64,000 nucleotides of DNA from an uncultured Pelagibacteraceae bacterium (GTDB lineage: Bacteria; Pseudomonadota; Alphaproteobacteria; Pelagibacterales; Pelagibacteraceae): positions 70,526-134,525 of the forward strand of contig CACJLJ010000003.1 of the NCBI GenBank assembly GCA_902594235.1, given 5' to 3'. How positions within the stretch are numbered: position 1 is the first letter of the stretch; every line of letters starts with the position of its first letter. Under the pieces are notes generated by a model that had not been told where the DNA came from, did not search any database, and worked only from the letters and a program-made list of their open reading frames with translations. Below, in pieces: positions 41,181 through 52,699 of the stretch. A program made the translations under genes and the position numbers.

Positions 41181-42026
41181 ATGCTAAAAAAAATTATAAA
41201 TTTATGTATCTATTTAATAGTAAATCTATTATTAAAAATCTATTCGTCTATAAGAAGAGTGCGAAAAGTCAAGTTTGATTACTTTCCAGAAGAATATAAA
41301 TTTTATAACAAAAATTATTATTTCATTCTTTTTGGAAAAGACAAATATGTTTCAAGAAATACTTTTGTTAATGGTCCCCATGACTTTGATCTTTTAAAAC
41401 AATCTATTAAAATTTTAAATAAAAGAATTTTTTTTTTAATTGATGTTGGTGCAAATGTAGGAACATTTTGTATTCCCCCAGTAAAAGATAAAATAATAAA
41501 AGAGTGTATTGCAATTGAACCAGTAAAGAAGATTTGCGATATTCTTAAAATAAATATTTACATAAACAATCTAAAAGATAAAATTAAAATTTTTAATAAC
41601 GTTATATCTAATTCTAAATCACAAAAATTATCTCTTAAAATAAATAAAAATAATTATGGTGATAATAAATTTTCAATACATGGCAAAAAAAAATTTAAAA
41701 CTAATTCTATCAAACTAGATTTTTTCTATAATTATTTTAATAAGAAAAAACTAATAATAAAAATTGATGTGCAAGGTTTTGAAGATAGAGTTTTAATTGG
41801 ATCACAAAAATTTATTAAATCAAAAGTACCTATTCTAATTGAGTTTAATAAAAACTTTTCAAAAAGCCTTTATTACAAAAAAATTATTAATATTTTAGAA
41901 ACTAATTATAAGTATGTAATTTTTTTCAATGAAGATAAAATTATAAAAAAAAAAATTACTAGTCTCAAAGAAATTTTTTTAAAATATAAAAATAATAAAA
42001 CTGAATATAATTGTTTAATTTATTAA
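41181..42026 (+). CDS. FkbM-family methyltransferase
   Basis: IDVGANVG, IAIEP, KIDVQGFE. Confidence 0.85.
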   Translation: MLKKIINLCIYLIVNLLLKIYSSIRRVRKVKFDYFPEEYKFYNKNYYFILFGKDKYVSRNTFVNGPHDFDLLKQSIKILNKRIFFLIDVGANVGTFCIPPVKDKIIKECIAIEPVKKICDILKINIYINNLKDKIKIFNNVISNSKSQKLSLKINKNNYGDNKFSIHGKKKFKTNSIKLDFFYNYFNKKKLIIKIDVQGFEDRVLIGSQKFIKSKVPILIEFNKNFSKSLYYKKIINILETNYKYVIFFNEDKIIKKKITSLKEIFLKYKNNKTEYNCLIY

Positions 42027-42038
42027 AAAAAAATAAAT

Positions 42039-42128
42039 TGGCGGAGAGAATGGGATTCGAACCCATGAAAGGATTGCTCCTTTACACACTTTCCAAGCGT
42101 GCGCCTTAAACCACTCGGCCATCTCTCC
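42039..42128 (-). tRNA. tRNA-Ser(GGA), 90 nt, canonical elbow
   Basis: GGAGAGA acceptor, GG in D-loop, TTGGAAA anticodon loop, long variable arm, TTCGAAT T-loop, GCCA. Confidence 0.97.
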
Positions 42129-42207
42129 ATAGCTATTTAAATTTAAATTATTATAAATAATTTTTAAAGTATTTTTAAAAATGATACTTATAATAATAAT
42201 TGATTGA

Positions 42208-43092
42208 ATGATTTTAAAAAAAAAAATAATAGCAATTATTCCTTATAGGGGTATTGGAGATCTTATTTTTCATATTCCATTTCTTAAAGGTATTTACTCA
42301 AAATATAAATCAGAGCTAATTATTTTTACAAATAGCGCAAATAAAGCCAAAAATATTTTAAAAAATGAAAGATATATAAAAAAAATTGAATATTTAAATT
42401 TTCAAAGAGAAAACCAACTTAGAAATTCTTTGTTGCTTCTTAAAAATATTAATTCTTATTGTCCAGATATATGCATTTTAACAGCGCCAACAAAAAGATT
42501 AATAATTCCTTTATTTATGTCTAATTCAAAAAAAAATTTTTACTTTAAAAAAGATAAGATTAAAGACCTTTCAAAATATATTGAAAAACAATCAAACAAT
42601 TGTTTTCCAGGTATAAATTTTCAGAATAATTATAATCTTAACTACAATACAAAATCAAAAAAAAGTAATTTGTTTATTAGTATTGACTCACATCACGACA
42701 CAAATAATTGGGGAGAACAAAATTATCTTAAATTGATTAAAAATTTAATAAAAATACCAAAAATAAAAAAAATATATGTGAACTATGCACCATCAAAAAT
42801 TAAAAACTTTAAACATCTATATGGCTCCTTAAGAACATCTAAAAAAATATCTTTTACATATAAAAAGAAGTTTAATGATATAATTAAGATTATTAACAGT
42901 TGCTACTATGTAATTGGAAATGAATCTGGACCTATATGCATCGGGGCAGCACTTAACAAAAATGTCCAGAGCATATATTATCCAAAACATACGAATAGGT
43001 CTAGTGGAACTATTAATCGAAAAGTTAAATTTTATAATTCAAATTCTGTATCAAATAAAAAAATTATAGAAAAAATTTGTAAAAATTTATAG
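42208..43092 (+). CDS. Glycosyltransferase family 9 (heptosyltransferase-like)
   Basis: RGIGDLIF at the N-terminus; IGNESGPI at the C-terminus. Confidence 0.75.
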   Translation: MILKKKIIAIIPYRGIGDLIFHIPFLKGIYSKYKSELIIFTNSANKAKNILKNERYIKKIEYLNFQRENQLRNSLLLLKNINSYCPDICILTAPTKRLIIPLFMSNSKKNFYFKKDKIKDLSKYIEKQSNNCFPGINFQNNYNLNYNTKSKKSNLFISIDSHHDTNNWGEQNYLKLIKNLIKIPKIKKIYVNYAPSKIKNFKHLYGSLRTSKKISFTYKKKFNDIIKIINSCYYVIGNESGPICIGAALNKNVQSIYYPKHTNRSSGTINRKVKFYNSNSVSNKKIIEKICKNL

Positions 43093-43095
43093 TAA

Positions 43096-44904
43096 TCATT
43101 TTTCTTTATTTATCTTAAGAACTCCAATAAATGCCTCTTGGGGAATTTCAACTCTACCAAATTGTTTTGATCTTGCTTTTCCTTTTTTTTGCTTTTCAAG
43201 AAGCTTTCTTTTTCTATCTGTTGCTCCACCCCCATGAATTTTAGTTAATACATCCTTCTTAAAACCTTTAATTGTTTCTCTAGCAATAATTTTTCCTCCA
43301 ATTGCAGCTTGAATTGGGATCATAAAATTGTGTCTAGGAATTAAATCTTTTAATTTTTCACAAACCTCTCTGCCAGTTTTTTGGGCAAAGTCTTTGTGTA
43401 TCATCATTGCAAGTGCATCAACTGGTTCACTATTTACTAAAATTCCAAGTTTAACCAGCTCGCCTTCTCTATGTTGAATAATTTCATAATCAAAACTTGC
43501 ATAACCGCTTGTCATAGATTTGATTTTGTCATTAAAATCAAAAACTACTTCATTTAATGGCAACTCATATGATATTACAGCTCGATTTCCTGAATAACTT
43601 AAATTAGTTTGTTTACCTCTCTTATCTTGACAAAGCTTAATAATAGAGCCTAAATAATTATCAGGTGTAATAATAGTTGCTTTAATCCAAGGCTCCTCTA
43701 TTGATTTAATCAACGTAGGATCAGGTAAGCTTGATGGATTTTGTAAATCTTTTACCTCGCCATTATTTAATTTTAATTTATAAACTACACCTGGTGTTGT
43801 GGTTAACAAATTAACATCAAATTCTCTTTCTAATCTTTCGGTTATAATTTCAAGATGTAAAAGCCCTAAAAAACCACATCTAAATCCCAAGCCCAAAGCC
43901 GATGAGGATTCTGCTTCATAAGAAAAACTAGCGTCATTAAGTTGTAACTTTGCTAATCCATCTTTTAATTTTTGATATTCAGAACTATCTACTGGGAATA
44001 AACCACAAAAAACAACTGGTTTACTTGGCTTAAAGCCAGGAAGAGGTTCAACTTTTGGTTTTAATGCATCACATATGGTGTCTCCTACTTTTGTATCTGA
44101 CAAAACTTTTATACCAGTAGTAATAAATCCAATTTCACCAGAATTAAGTTCACTTACATCTTTAGGTTTGGGCGTAAATAAGCCAACTTTTTCTACGATA
44201 TAATCCTGATTAGTAGAAAGCATTTTTATTTTCATATTTTTCTTTATCTTGCCATTTATAACCCTGACTAAAATAACAACACCAAGATAAGTATCGTACC
44301 AGCTATCTACTAATAAGCATTTTAAATCTTGATCTAAATTACCTTTAGGTCCAGGCAATTGATTAACTATTTGCTCCAATATATCATCTATGCCTTCTCC
44401 AGTTTTTCCTGAACACGGGATAGCATTCTCAGTATCTATACCAATCACATCTTCAATTTGTTTTTTTGTTTTATCTAAATCTGATGCTGGTAAATCAATT
44501 TTATTCAATACAGGGATAATTTCGTGATTTATATCTAAAGCCTGGTAAACATTTGCTAAAGTTTGAGCTTCAACTCCCTGAGTACTATCTACAATAAGAA
44601 TAGAACCCTCACATGCGTAAAGAGATCTGCTAACTTCATAACTAAAATCAACATGTCCAGGTGTATCTATTATATTTAATATATACTCTTTACCATTTTT
44701 AGATTTATAATTTAGTTTTACAGTTTGAGCTTTGATAGTAATTCCTCTTTCCCGTTCAATATCCATTGAATCTAGTACTTGGGCTTTCATCTCTCTTTCA
44801 CTCAATCCTCCACATCTATGAATTATCCTGTCAGCTATTGTTGATTTACCATGATCAATATGAGCGATAATTGCAAAATTTCTTATATGATCAATTGTGC
44901 TCAT
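43096..44904 (-). CDS. lepA: Elongation factor 4
   Basis: [36 protein letters not shown]. Confidence 0.97.
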   Translation of the reverse strand: MSTIDHIRNFAIIAHIDHGKSTIADRIIHRCGGLSEREMKAQVLDSMDIERERGITIKAQTVKLNYKSKNGKEYILNIIDTPGHVDFSYEVSRSLYACEGSILIVDSTQGVEAQTLANVYQALDINHEIIPVLNKIDLPASDLDKTKKQIEDVIGIDTENAIPCSGKTGEGIDDILEQIVNQLPGPKGNLDQDLKCLLVDSWYDTYLGVVILVRVINGKIKKNMKIKMLSTNQDYIVEKVGLFTPKPKDVSELNSGEIGFITTGIKVLSDTKVGDTICDALKPKVEPLPGFKPSKPVVFCGLFPVDSSEYQKLKDGLAKLQLNDASFSYEAESSSALGLGFRCGFLGLLHLEIITERLEREFDVNLLTTTPGVVYKLKLNNGEVKDLQNPSSLPDPTLIKSIEEPWIKATIITPDNYLGSIIKLCQDKRGKQTNLSYSGNRAVISYELPLNEVVFDFNDKIKSMTSGYASFDYEIIQHREGELVKLGILVNSEPVDALAMMIHKDFAQKTGREVCEKLKDLIPRHNFMIPIQAAIGGKIIARETIKGFKKDVLTKIHGGGATDRKRKLLEKQKKGKARSKQFGRVEIPQEAFIGVLKINKEK

Positions 44905-44909
44905 TATTT

Positions 44910-47315
44910 TTAAGAACGGATCTTGGCACCAGTTTTATTTTCAACTGTTTTGATAATCAAATTGTTTATTTTTTCTAAATCATTATCTTTTAAAGTTTTT
45001 TCAAAAGATTGAATTGTTACACTTATAGCTATTGATTTTTGATTTTCAGGAATATTATCACCCTCATAAACATCAAACACTTTAACATTACTGACTAAAC
45101 TTTTATCTACACTTGAAACAGCATTTATTAAATCTTGCGCATTAATATTTTTATCTACTACAAAAGCAAAATCTCTTTCTGATTTTTGGTAATCTGAAAC
45201 ATAAAATTTAGTTTTTTGATCATTTAATGTTTTTTTAGGTAATTTTAAATTATCCAAAAAAATCTCAAATCCAACTAAAGTCTCTGTTTTTATGTCAACA
45301 TTTTTTATTATATTAGGATGAATTTCACCAAAATAAGCTGCCACCTGTTCTCTTCCTTGATTTAAAAATAATCTACCAGACTTACCAGGGTGATAATAAC
45401 TTGGTGTCACACTGTCTATAAAGAATTTTCCTGAGTCATATCCTGCTTCTATTAAAGTTTGAATCACATCTCTTTTGACATCAAACACATCGATATTTCT
45501 CTCTTTTTCAATCCAAGACAATCTTGATTTTTTTCCTGATGATAAACCACATACAACTGTATTCTGTTCTCCTGGGTTTGAACCAGTGAAGGTAGGACCT
45601 ATTTCAAATATTGATAAATCTTTAAAACCTCTATCTAGGTTTTTATTCATATACATCATTAAATTTGAGAATATTGAACTTCTTAAAACATTTAATTCAG
45701 AACTAATTGGATTTACTATTTTAATTTCTTTATTTGATCCTTTAAAATAATCATTATAATTTGAGTCAGTAAACGACCAAGTAATTGCTTCAAGATAACC
45801 TTTTGATGCAACTGATCTTTGAAGAAAATGAAATAATTTTTGAGATTTATTTAAAGTAGATTTTTTTCTCTCTTTAATTGGATCAATGATCTTAATCTTA
45901 TCATAGCCACTTATTCTCACCAATTCTTCAACGATATCTACTTCTTGTGAAATGTCAGGTCTCCATGATGGAACGACTAATTCTAAATATTTTTTTTTCT
46001 TTTTAGATTTAAAACCTAGATTTTCTAAAATTTTAATCATTTCTTTGTTAGAAATTTTAAAACCTGATATTTTTTCAAACAAATCAGGATCAAATGTAAT
46101 GGTTTTATTTTTATATATTTTAACTTTTTGAATATCTATTTTACTTATTTCACCACCACAAATTTCTTTAATTAGTAGCGCAGCTTTATTTAGACCATCT
46201 TCGATTGACAAAGGATCAATACCTCTTTCAAACCTGAACTTTGCATCAGTATCAAGACTTAATTTTTTTGCAGTAGTTCTTATGGACTCTGGCTTAAAAT
46301 AAGCTGACTCTAATAATATATTTTTCGTATCAAATTCTGTACCTGATCTTGTTCCACCAATAATTCCACCTAATCCTAAAACGCCTTTATTATCGCTGAT
46401 TACACACATTCCATTTTCTAATTTATAATTTTTATTATCAAGAGCAGTAAATTCTTCTCCTTTTTTTGAATTTCGAACTATTATACCTTTATCAATTTTA
46501 TCAGCATCATAAGCATGTAAAGGTCTATTTATATCTAACATTACATAGTTTGTGATATCGACTATTGCTGAAATAGGTTTTTGACCTATCGAAATTAGTT
46601 TATCTTTTAGCCACTGAGGACTTTCAACATTTTTTACATTTTTAATCAAACAGCTTCCAAAAACATCGCAACCCTGATTTTTTTCTTTACTAATTTTTAT
46701 TTTTAAAGTTTGTTTAATATTTGATTTAATTTTATTTTCTTTAAAGTTTATTAATTTTCCAAAACCAGATGCAGCTAGATCTCTTGCGATACCTCTGAGA
46801 CCAAGACAATCCGGTCTATTAGGTGTTATAGATAAATCGATAAGATTAGATAGTGATTTTGAAAAATAACTTTTACCAATATTTTTTTTATATTTAGATG
46901 ATAGTTCTATTATTCCATCACTTTCATCAGATAAATTCAATTCTGACTCAGAGCAAAGCATTCCATAAGACGTAACACCTCTAATCTTAGCTTCTACTAG
47001 TTTTGTTTTTGTTTTAGGAATAACCGCTCCTGGAGGAGCATATATTGTAATTAGTCCCTCTTTTGCATTAGCTGCTCCACACACAACTTTTTTCAATTCT
47101 TTTTCTCCAATATTTACATTGCAGACCTTAAGTCGATCTGCGTTAGGATGTTTTTCAGTTTTGATAATTTTAGCTATTTTGAACATCTCGTTAGCTGAAG
47201 AAAGATTTTGCACACTCTCTACTTCTAATCCAATGTTGGTAAGTTGTTCTAAAAGATTTTTTTCTTTTAAATTGGTCTTTAAGTGATCTCTGAGCCAATC
47301 AAATGTAATTTTCAT
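44910..47315 (-). CDS. pheT: Phenylalanyl-tRNA synthetase beta subunit
   Basis: [31 protein letters not shown]. Confidence 0.97.
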   Translation of the reverse strand: MKITFDWLRDHLKTNLKEKNLLEQLTNIGLEVESVQNLSSANEMFKIAKIIKTEKHPNADRLKVCNVNIGEKELKKVVCGAANAKEGLITIYAPPGAVIPKTKTKLVEAKIRGVTSYGMLCSESELNLSDESDGIIELSSKYKKNIGKSYFSKSLSNLIDLSITPNRPDCLGLRGIARDLAASGFGKLINFKENKIKSNIKQTLKIKISKEKNQGCDVFGSCLIKNVKNVESPQWLKDKLISIGQKPISAIVDITNYVMLDINRPLHAYDADKIDKGIIVRNSKKGEEFTALDNKNYKLENGMCVISDNKGVLGLGGIIGGTRSGTEFDTKNILLESAYFKPESIRTTAKKLSLDTDAKFRFERGIDPLSIEDGLNKAALLIKEICGGEISKIDIQKVKIYKNKTITFDPDLFEKISGFKISNKEMIKILENLGFKSKKKKKYLELVVPSWRPDISQEVDIVEELVRISGYDKIKIIDPIKERKKSTLNKSQKLFHFLQRSVASKGYLEAITWSFTDSNYNDYFKGSNKEIKIVNPISSELNVLRSSIFSNLMMYMNKNLDRGFKDLSIFEIGPTFTGSNPGEQNTVVCGLSSGKKSRLSWIEKERNIDVFDVKRDVIQTLIEAGYDSGKFFIDSVTPSYYHPGKSGRLFLNQGREQVAAYFGEIHPNIIKNVDIKTETLVGFEIFLDNLKLPKKTLNDQKTKFYVSDYQKSERDFAFVVDKNINAQDLINAVSSVDKSLVSNVKVFDVYEGDNIPENQKSIAISVTIQSFEKTLKDNDLEKINNLIIKTVENKTGAKIRS

Positions 47316-48379
47316 CTACTCAAGCCTCTATAATTTGTGGGTACATCTAATGGGTCAAATCCAAAGTGATTTAACCATCTATAATCACAGTCAAAAAAAG
47401 ATCTTAAGTCATTAATCCCATATTTTAACATTGCCAATCTATCAATTCCAATACCAAACGCATATCCTTGGAACTTAGTAGGATCAACTTTTACATTTTT
47501 TAAAACATTAGGATGAACCATTCCACATCCTAAAATTTCAAGCCATTGATCTCCTTCTCCTATTATTATTTTTCCATCTTGAACTTCATATCCTATATCA
47601 ACTTCTGCGGATGGTTCTGTAAAAGGAAAGTGACTTGGTCTAAACCTCATTCTAATTTTTTCTACTTCAAAAAATTCTTTGATAAAATAATTTAGACATC
47701 CTTTTAGATGACCCATATTTATATTTTTATCTATGTGAAGACCCTCAACTTGATGAAACATAGGTGAATGTGTTTGATCACTATCAGATCTATAAGTTCT
47801 TCCAGGTGCAATAATTTTAAAAGGAGGTTTATCTTTCAACATTGTTCTAATTTGAACAGGTGAAGTATGTGTACGTAATAATTTTTCTTTTTTTTCATCA
47901 AGATAAAATGTGTCATGCATATCTCTTGCGGGATGATTGTCTGGTGTATTTAATGCTGTAAAATTATTATACTCGTTTTCAACATCTGGACCCTCTTCAA
48001 CACTGAAGCCTATTTCAGAAAAAATAGAAGATATTTCATCAATAGTTTGTGACACTGGATGAATTTTGCCTCTAAGAAATGGCCTTTCAGGTAAAGTAAT
48101 ATCTACTTTTTCTTTCTGAAGTTTTTCATTTATTTCAGCATTTTCTATTTCGTTAATTTTTAGATTTATCAAATTTTGAAGTTCATCCTTTATAATATTA
48201 AGATTAGAAGCAAATTTTTTTCTTTCGGACTCAGCTATTGTCCCAATCTTTTTAAATTGAGATGAAACTAATCCATTTTTACCAAACAAATCTGATTTTA
48301 TTTGATTAATCTCTGAAAGATTTAATTTATTATTAAGCTTTGAGAGAAATTCTTCTTTTAATTTTTTAAGATCTGACAT
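47312..48379 (-). CDS. pheS: Phenylalanyl-tRNA synthetase alpha subunit
   Basis: [37 protein letters not shown]. Confidence 0.97.
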   Translation of the reverse strand: MSDLKKLKEEFLSKLNNKLNLSEINQIKSDLFGKNGLVSSQFKKIGTIAESERKKFASNLNIIKDELQNLINLKINEIENAEINEKLQKEKVDITLPERPFLRGKIHPVSQTIDEISSIFSEIGFSVEEGPDVENEYNNFTALNTPDNHPARDMHDTFYLDEKKEKLLRTHTSPVQIRTMLKDKPPFKIIAPGRTYRSDSDQTHSPMFHQVEGLHIDKNINMGHLKGCLNYFIKEFFEVEKIRMRFRPSHFPFTEPSAEVDIGYEVQDGKIIIGEGDQWLEILGCGMVHPNVLKNVKVDPTKFQGYAFGIGIDRLAMLKYGINDLRSFFDCDYRWLNHFGFDPLDVPTNYRGLSR

Positions 48380-48422
48380 TCTTACAGATTATTTCTTCAG
48401 TAAAATAAAACAATAGAGAAGA

Positions 48423-48779
48423 TTAATTTAATGCAGATTGTGCTTTTTGGACAATAGTTTTAAAGGCTTCAGGGCTATCGTACGCTATTTCAGCTAGAAT
48501 TTTTCTATCAATTTTTATCCCACATTTATTCAATCCATTTATAAATTTAGAATAAGTTAAGCCTTCTGCTCTAACCCCTGCATTAATTCTTTGTATCCAC
48601 AATGATTTAAAATCTCTTTTTTTATTTCTTCTATCTCTATAAGCATATTGCATAGCTTTTTCCATTGCTTGCTTCGCAACTCTTATAGTGTTTTTTCTTC
48701 TCCCCCACTGACCTTTTACAGCTTTTAAAACTTTTTTATGTTTAGCTCGACTAGTTACTCCTCGTTTCACTCTTGCCAT
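48423..48779 (-). CDS. rplT: 50S ribosomal protein L20
   Basis: [27 protein letters not shown]. Confidence 0.98.
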   Translation of the reverse strand: MARVKRGVTSRAKHKKVLKAVKGQWGRRKNTIRVAKQAMEKAMQYAYRDRRNKKRDFKSLWIQRINAGVRAEGLTYSKFINGLNKCGIKIDRKILAEIAYDSPEAFKTIVQKAQSALN

Positions 48780-48780
48780 A

Positions 48781-48987
48781 TTAGCCTCTCAAACTGTAAG
48801 GCATATATGACTTTACAATTTTTCCATCTTGTTTTGACATTGTGGTTGTGCCTCTTAATTTTCTTATTTGCGAATTAGATCTTTTAATCATGCCATGTCT
48901 TTTACCAGCTTGAGCCATTATCACTTTACCTTTAGCTGATATTTTAAATCTTTTTTTTGCAGAGCTTTTTGTTTTAAGTTTTGGCAT
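48781..48987 (-). CDS. rpmI: 50S ribosomal protein L35
   Basis: [19 protein letters not shown]. Confidence 0.96.
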   Translation of the reverse strand: MPKLKTKSSAKKRFKISAKGKVIMAQAGKRHGMIKRSNSQIRKLRGTTTMSKQDGKIVKSYMPYSLRG

Positions 48988-48995
48988 AATTCTGC

Positions 48996-49031
48996 GAGGT
49001 TATACATAGAATGATATAAATTTACAACCTC
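48996..49031 (-). promoter_or_regulatory. 9-bp hairpin at the infC-rpmI junction (candidate L20 autoregulatory element)
   Basis: GAGGTTGTA/TATAACCTC with a G-U pair valid on the mRNA strand; ends 8 nt before the rpmI ATG. Confidence 0.5.
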
Positions 49032-49040
49032 AATTAAACC

Positions 49041-49586
49041 TTATAAAGGCTGAATTACCATAATCATTTGTTTTCCATCAAATTTTGGATCCAATTCTAC
49101 CTTTCCAATATCCTTCATATCCTCTTTAATTTTGCTCATCAGTTCATTTCCAAGGTGAGAGTGTTGAAGCTCACGACCTTTGAATTTTATTGTAAATTTT
49201 ACTTTATCTCCTTTAGCTATAAATTTTTTTGCATTTTTAACTTTGAATTTATAATCATGTGTCTCTGTAACTGGCCTCATCTTAATTTCTTTTAATGAGA
49301 TAATTTTTTGTTTCTTTTTTGCAAGATTTGCTTTTTTTTGAGCATCATATTTAAATTTACCCATATCCATAATTTTACAAACTGGAGGATTGGCATTTGG
49401 TGCTATTTCAATTAAATCAAGACCATCTTTTTTTGCTATTGAAATAGCCTCGTTAGTATTAAGAATACCTAAATTTTCACCGTCGTTTGATATAACTTGA
49501 ACCTCAGGAGATGAAATCCTATTGTTAGATCGTGGTCCACGATCTTTTGTTCTTCTCTGAAAATAATTTTGTTTAAAATCTGCCAC
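49041..49586 (-). CDS. infC: Translation initiation factor IF-3 (GTG start)
   Basis: LDLIEI, PPVCKIMD, KEIKMRP, GDKVK, KGRE. Confidence 0.96.
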   Translation of the reverse strand: MADFKQNYFQRRTKDRGPRSNNRISSPEVQVISNDGENLGILNTNEAISIAKKDGLDLIEIAPNANPPVCKIMDMGKFKYDAQKKANLAKKKQKIISLKEIKMRPVTETHDYKFKVKNAKKFIAKGDKVKFTIKFKGRELQHSHLGNELMSKIKEDMKDIGKVELDPKFDGKQMIMVIQPL

Positions 49587-51503
49587 TTATTTTGATGGAG
49601 CTTTGTTTAAAGCGGAGTAAGTTGTTAAAAATTTTTTTAATTCCATATTTTCCTGTTTATTAGAATCCAATCTTCTAATAGTTACTGAGTTAGTGTCAAC
49701 TTCTTTTTTACCACAAATTAATAAAAGCGGTATTTTTGCTAGTGAATGATCTCTTATTTTATAATTAAGATTATGTTTTTTTAAATCTACTATAGAACTA
49801 ATTCCAGAACTTTTAATTTCTTTTGAGACTTTGATTGCGTAATCATCAAACTCCTCGGAAATTGGTATAACAACAGTTTGTAATGGAGAAATCCAAAAGG
49901 GAAATTTACCAGCATAATTTTCAATTAATATTCCAATAAATCTCTCTAAAGAACCAAACAAAGCTCTGTGCAGCATTACTGGAATTTTTTTTGCTCCATC
50001 TTTATCTACATATGAGGCCCCTAATCTTCCTGGTAAATTAAAATCAACCTGCAAAGTTCCACACTGCCAATCTCTTCCTATTGCATCTCTTAAAACAAAT
50101 TCAATTTTGGGCCCATAGAATGCACCCTCACCTTTATTAATAGTATATTCTAATTTTGTGGCTTTGACAGCTTCCAATAACGCGGCTTCCGCTTTATCCC
50201 AAACTTGATCATCACCAACTCTTACATCTGGTCTATCAGAATATTTAAGAATAACATTTTCAAAACCAAGATCTTTGTAAATTTCTAAAATTAAATTTGT
50301 AACAACTAAACATTCTTTTGTAATTTGATCTTCAGTACAAAATATATGTGCATCATCTTGGGTGAATGCACGCACTCTTAGTAGGCCATGAAGAGCACCT
50401 GAGGGCTCATAGCGATGCACTTTTCCAAACTCAGACATCTTTAGGGGCAAATCTTTATAACTTTTAAGACCTTGATTAAAAACTTCTACACAACCTGGGC
50501 AATTCATTGGTTTAATCGCAAATATCTTTTCATCTGGAGTTGTAGATGTATACATATTTGATCCAAATTTATCCCAGTGGCCAGATTTTTCCCATAAACT
50601 TCTGTCTAAAACCTCTGGAGTATTTATTTCTTTATACCCTGCTTCATCTTGCTTCATTCTCATATAGTCTATTAATTTTTGAAATAAGGCCCAGCCTTTC
50701 TCATGCCAGAAAACTGAGCCTGGGCTTTCCTCTCTAAAATGATATAAATCCATTTCTTTTCCTAATTTTCTATGGTCTCTTTTTTCAGCCTCTTCTATTC
50801 TAATTAAATAATTGTCTAAATCTTTTTGAGTTGCCCAACTTGTTCCATAAATTCTTTGTAGCATTTCATTTCTTGAGTCTCCTCTCCAATAAGCACCTGA
50901 AACTTTTGTAAGTTTAAAAAATTTTCCAATTTTTCCAGTAGATGATAAGTGCGGCCCTCTACAAAGATCGTGCCATTCACCATGAAAATATATAGAAACA
51001 TCTTCTCCATCTGGAATACTTTTTATTAGTTCAGCTTTGTATATTTCACCTTTTTTTTCAAAATGTTTTATTGCTTTTTCTCTATTCCAAACTTCTCTCT
51101 TTGTAATTAGATCTCTATCAACAATCTCACCCATTTTCTTTTCAATCTTTTTAAGATCATCCTCAGTGAATGGCTCTTTTCTAGCAAAATCATAATAAAA
51201 ACCATTTTCAATTACAGGACCTATTGTAACTTGTGTTTTTGGAAAAAGTTCTTGAACAGCCATAGCTAAAATATGAGCCGTGTCATGTCTAATAGTTTCA
51301 AGTCCTTCTTGATTTTTAGAGGTAAATATTTTTACTGAACAATCATTTTCAATTACTGAGTCTAAATCTTTTAATTTTCCATTGATTGAGATTACAACAG
51401 CTTCTTTAGCAAGCGATTTACTTATTTTTTCAGCTATTTGGAAACCTGTAATTTTTTTTGGAAAATTAACGATTTTTCCATCAGGTAATGTAATATTTGG
51501 CAT
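49587..51503 (-). CDS. thrS: Threonyl-tRNA synthetase
   Basis: TGS domain, DLCRGPH, DHRKLG, KPMNCP, HRYEPSG, QCGT. Confidence 0.98.
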   Translation of the reverse strand: MPNITLPDGKIVNFPKKITGFQIAEKISKSLAKEAVVISINGKLKDLDSVIENDCSVKIFTSKNQEGLETIRHDTAHILAMAVQELFPKTQVTIGPVIENGFYYDFARKEPFTEDDLKKIEKKMGEIVDRDLITKREVWNREKAIKHFEKKGEIYKAELIKSIPDGEDVSIYFHGEWHDLCRGPHLSSTGKIGKFFKLTKVSGAYWRGDSRNEMLQRIYGTSWATQKDLDNYLIRIEEAEKRDHRKLGKEMDLYHFREESPGSVFWHEKGWALFQKLIDYMRMKQDEAGYKEINTPEVLDRSLWEKSGHWDKFGSNMYTSTTPDEKIFAIKPMNCPGCVEVFNQGLKSYKDLPLKMSEFGKVHRYEPSGALHGLLRVRAFTQDDAHIFCTEDQITKECLVVTNLILEIYKDLGFENVILKYSDRPDVRVGDDQVWDKAEAALLEAVKATKLEYTINKGEGAFYGPKIEFVLRDAIGRDWQCGTLQVDFNLPGRLGASYVDKDGAKKIPVMLHRALFGSLERFIGILIENYAGKFPFWISPLQTVVIPISEEFDDYAIKVSKEIKSSGISSIVDLKKHNLNYKIRDHSLAKIPLLLICGKKEVDTNSVTIRRLDSNKQENMELKKFLTTYSALNKAPSK

Positions 51504-52658
51504 TTAATTAAACAATCTTTTATATTCTGAATAAGTAGAAAAACACATTTTTTCAACATTAAATTTTGTCATTATGTTTTTTCTACCTTCATTGCCCATT
51601 ATTTTCAATAAAGTTTCATCCATAGTTAAAGCTTTAATAATTTTATTACTTAATGATTTTGCATCACCAGATTGAAACAATAAACCAGTTTTTTCATCAA
51701 TAATTGTTTCATTTGACCCGCCAATATTACTTGCAATAATTAATTTTTTCATAGACTGAGCTTCTACTGCTACTCTTCCGAATGCCTCTGGTTCAATTGA
51801 AGATGAAACAACTATATCAGAAACTTTATAAGCCAAAGCCATATCTTCACAGTGATCAATAAATTTAACTTGCTTAGTCATTCTGTATTTCTCAGCCAAA
51901 ATTAATAATTTTTTTTTATATAATTTTCTTCCTTGATCATTTCCTAAGATTACTGCATAAAATGCTTCATATCCAAGTTCTATATTTACCAAATTAATTG
52001 CCTCCAAAAATAATTCTTGTCCTTTCCAAGAAGTAAGTCTTCCTGGTAATAAAATTATTTTTTTATTATCTTCAATCTCCCAATCTGTTAGAAGTTTTTT
52101 TTCCTCTAGCTCTAGTTTTGTTGAAGGATCAAAATAATCAACATTTATACCTCTAAAAATTACTAAAAATTTTTTTTTAATATCAATTAATTCAGAGTAA
52201 TTTTCTTTTATATGTGAAAAGATAAAATTTGAACCTGCTATAATTAAATCTGATCTTACCATAACTGAGTTATAAAATTTCTTAAATTTACCTCTAAAAT
52301 CATAGGTGCCATGAAATGTTGTAACAAATTTTCTACTTGTTAACTTCGTTGCGAGCCAACATGACCACGCAGGTGCACGACTTCTAGCATGAACAATTGA
52401 AATATTATAAAATAAAATTATTCCCATTAATATAAACGAGTTAATCAGTATTAATATTGGATTTTTGCTATGCACTGGCAGTCTTATTAATTTTACTTTT
52501 CTCTTATCAACAAATTTTGTTAATTCTCCACCACTAGTTACAATAAATGATTTGCAATTATTTTCTGGCAAATAATGCGCGATATCATAACAGCCCGTTT
52601 CAGCTCCCCCATATCCTAATTTGGGAATTACTTGCATAACTTTTAAATTAATCGACAT
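51504..52658 (-). CDS. Glycosyltransferase family 4
   Basis: GGAE, HARSRAPAW, EAFGRVAVEAQ. Confidence 0.88.
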   Translation of the reverse strand: MSINLKVMQVIPKLGYGGAETGCYDIAHYLPENNCKSFIVTSGGELTKFVDKRKVKLIRLPVHSKNPILILINSFILMGIILFYNISIVHARSRAPAWSCWLATKLTSRKFVTTFHGTYDFRGKFKKFYNSVMVRSDLIIAGSNFIFSHIKENYSELIDIKKKFLVIFRGINVDYFDPSTKLELEEKKLLTDWEIEDNKKIILLPGRLTSWKGQELFLEAINLVNIELGYEAFYAVILGNDQGRKLYKKKLLILAEKYRMTKQVKFIDHCEDMALAYKVSDIVVSSSIEPEAFGRVAVEAQSMKKLIIASNIGGSNETIIDEKTGLLFQSGDAKSLSNKIIKALTMDETLLKIMGNEGRKNIMTKFNVEKMCFSTYSEYKRLFN

Positions 52659-52699
52659 CTGATATGATTATATAATAATAGAAAAACATATAAACTTTT

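Noticed and set aside
49584-49589. infC starting with GTG directly after the thrS TAA rather than AUU
   Set aside because: Start-codon variation and coupling are unremarkable, and the true start cannot be fixed from sequence alone.
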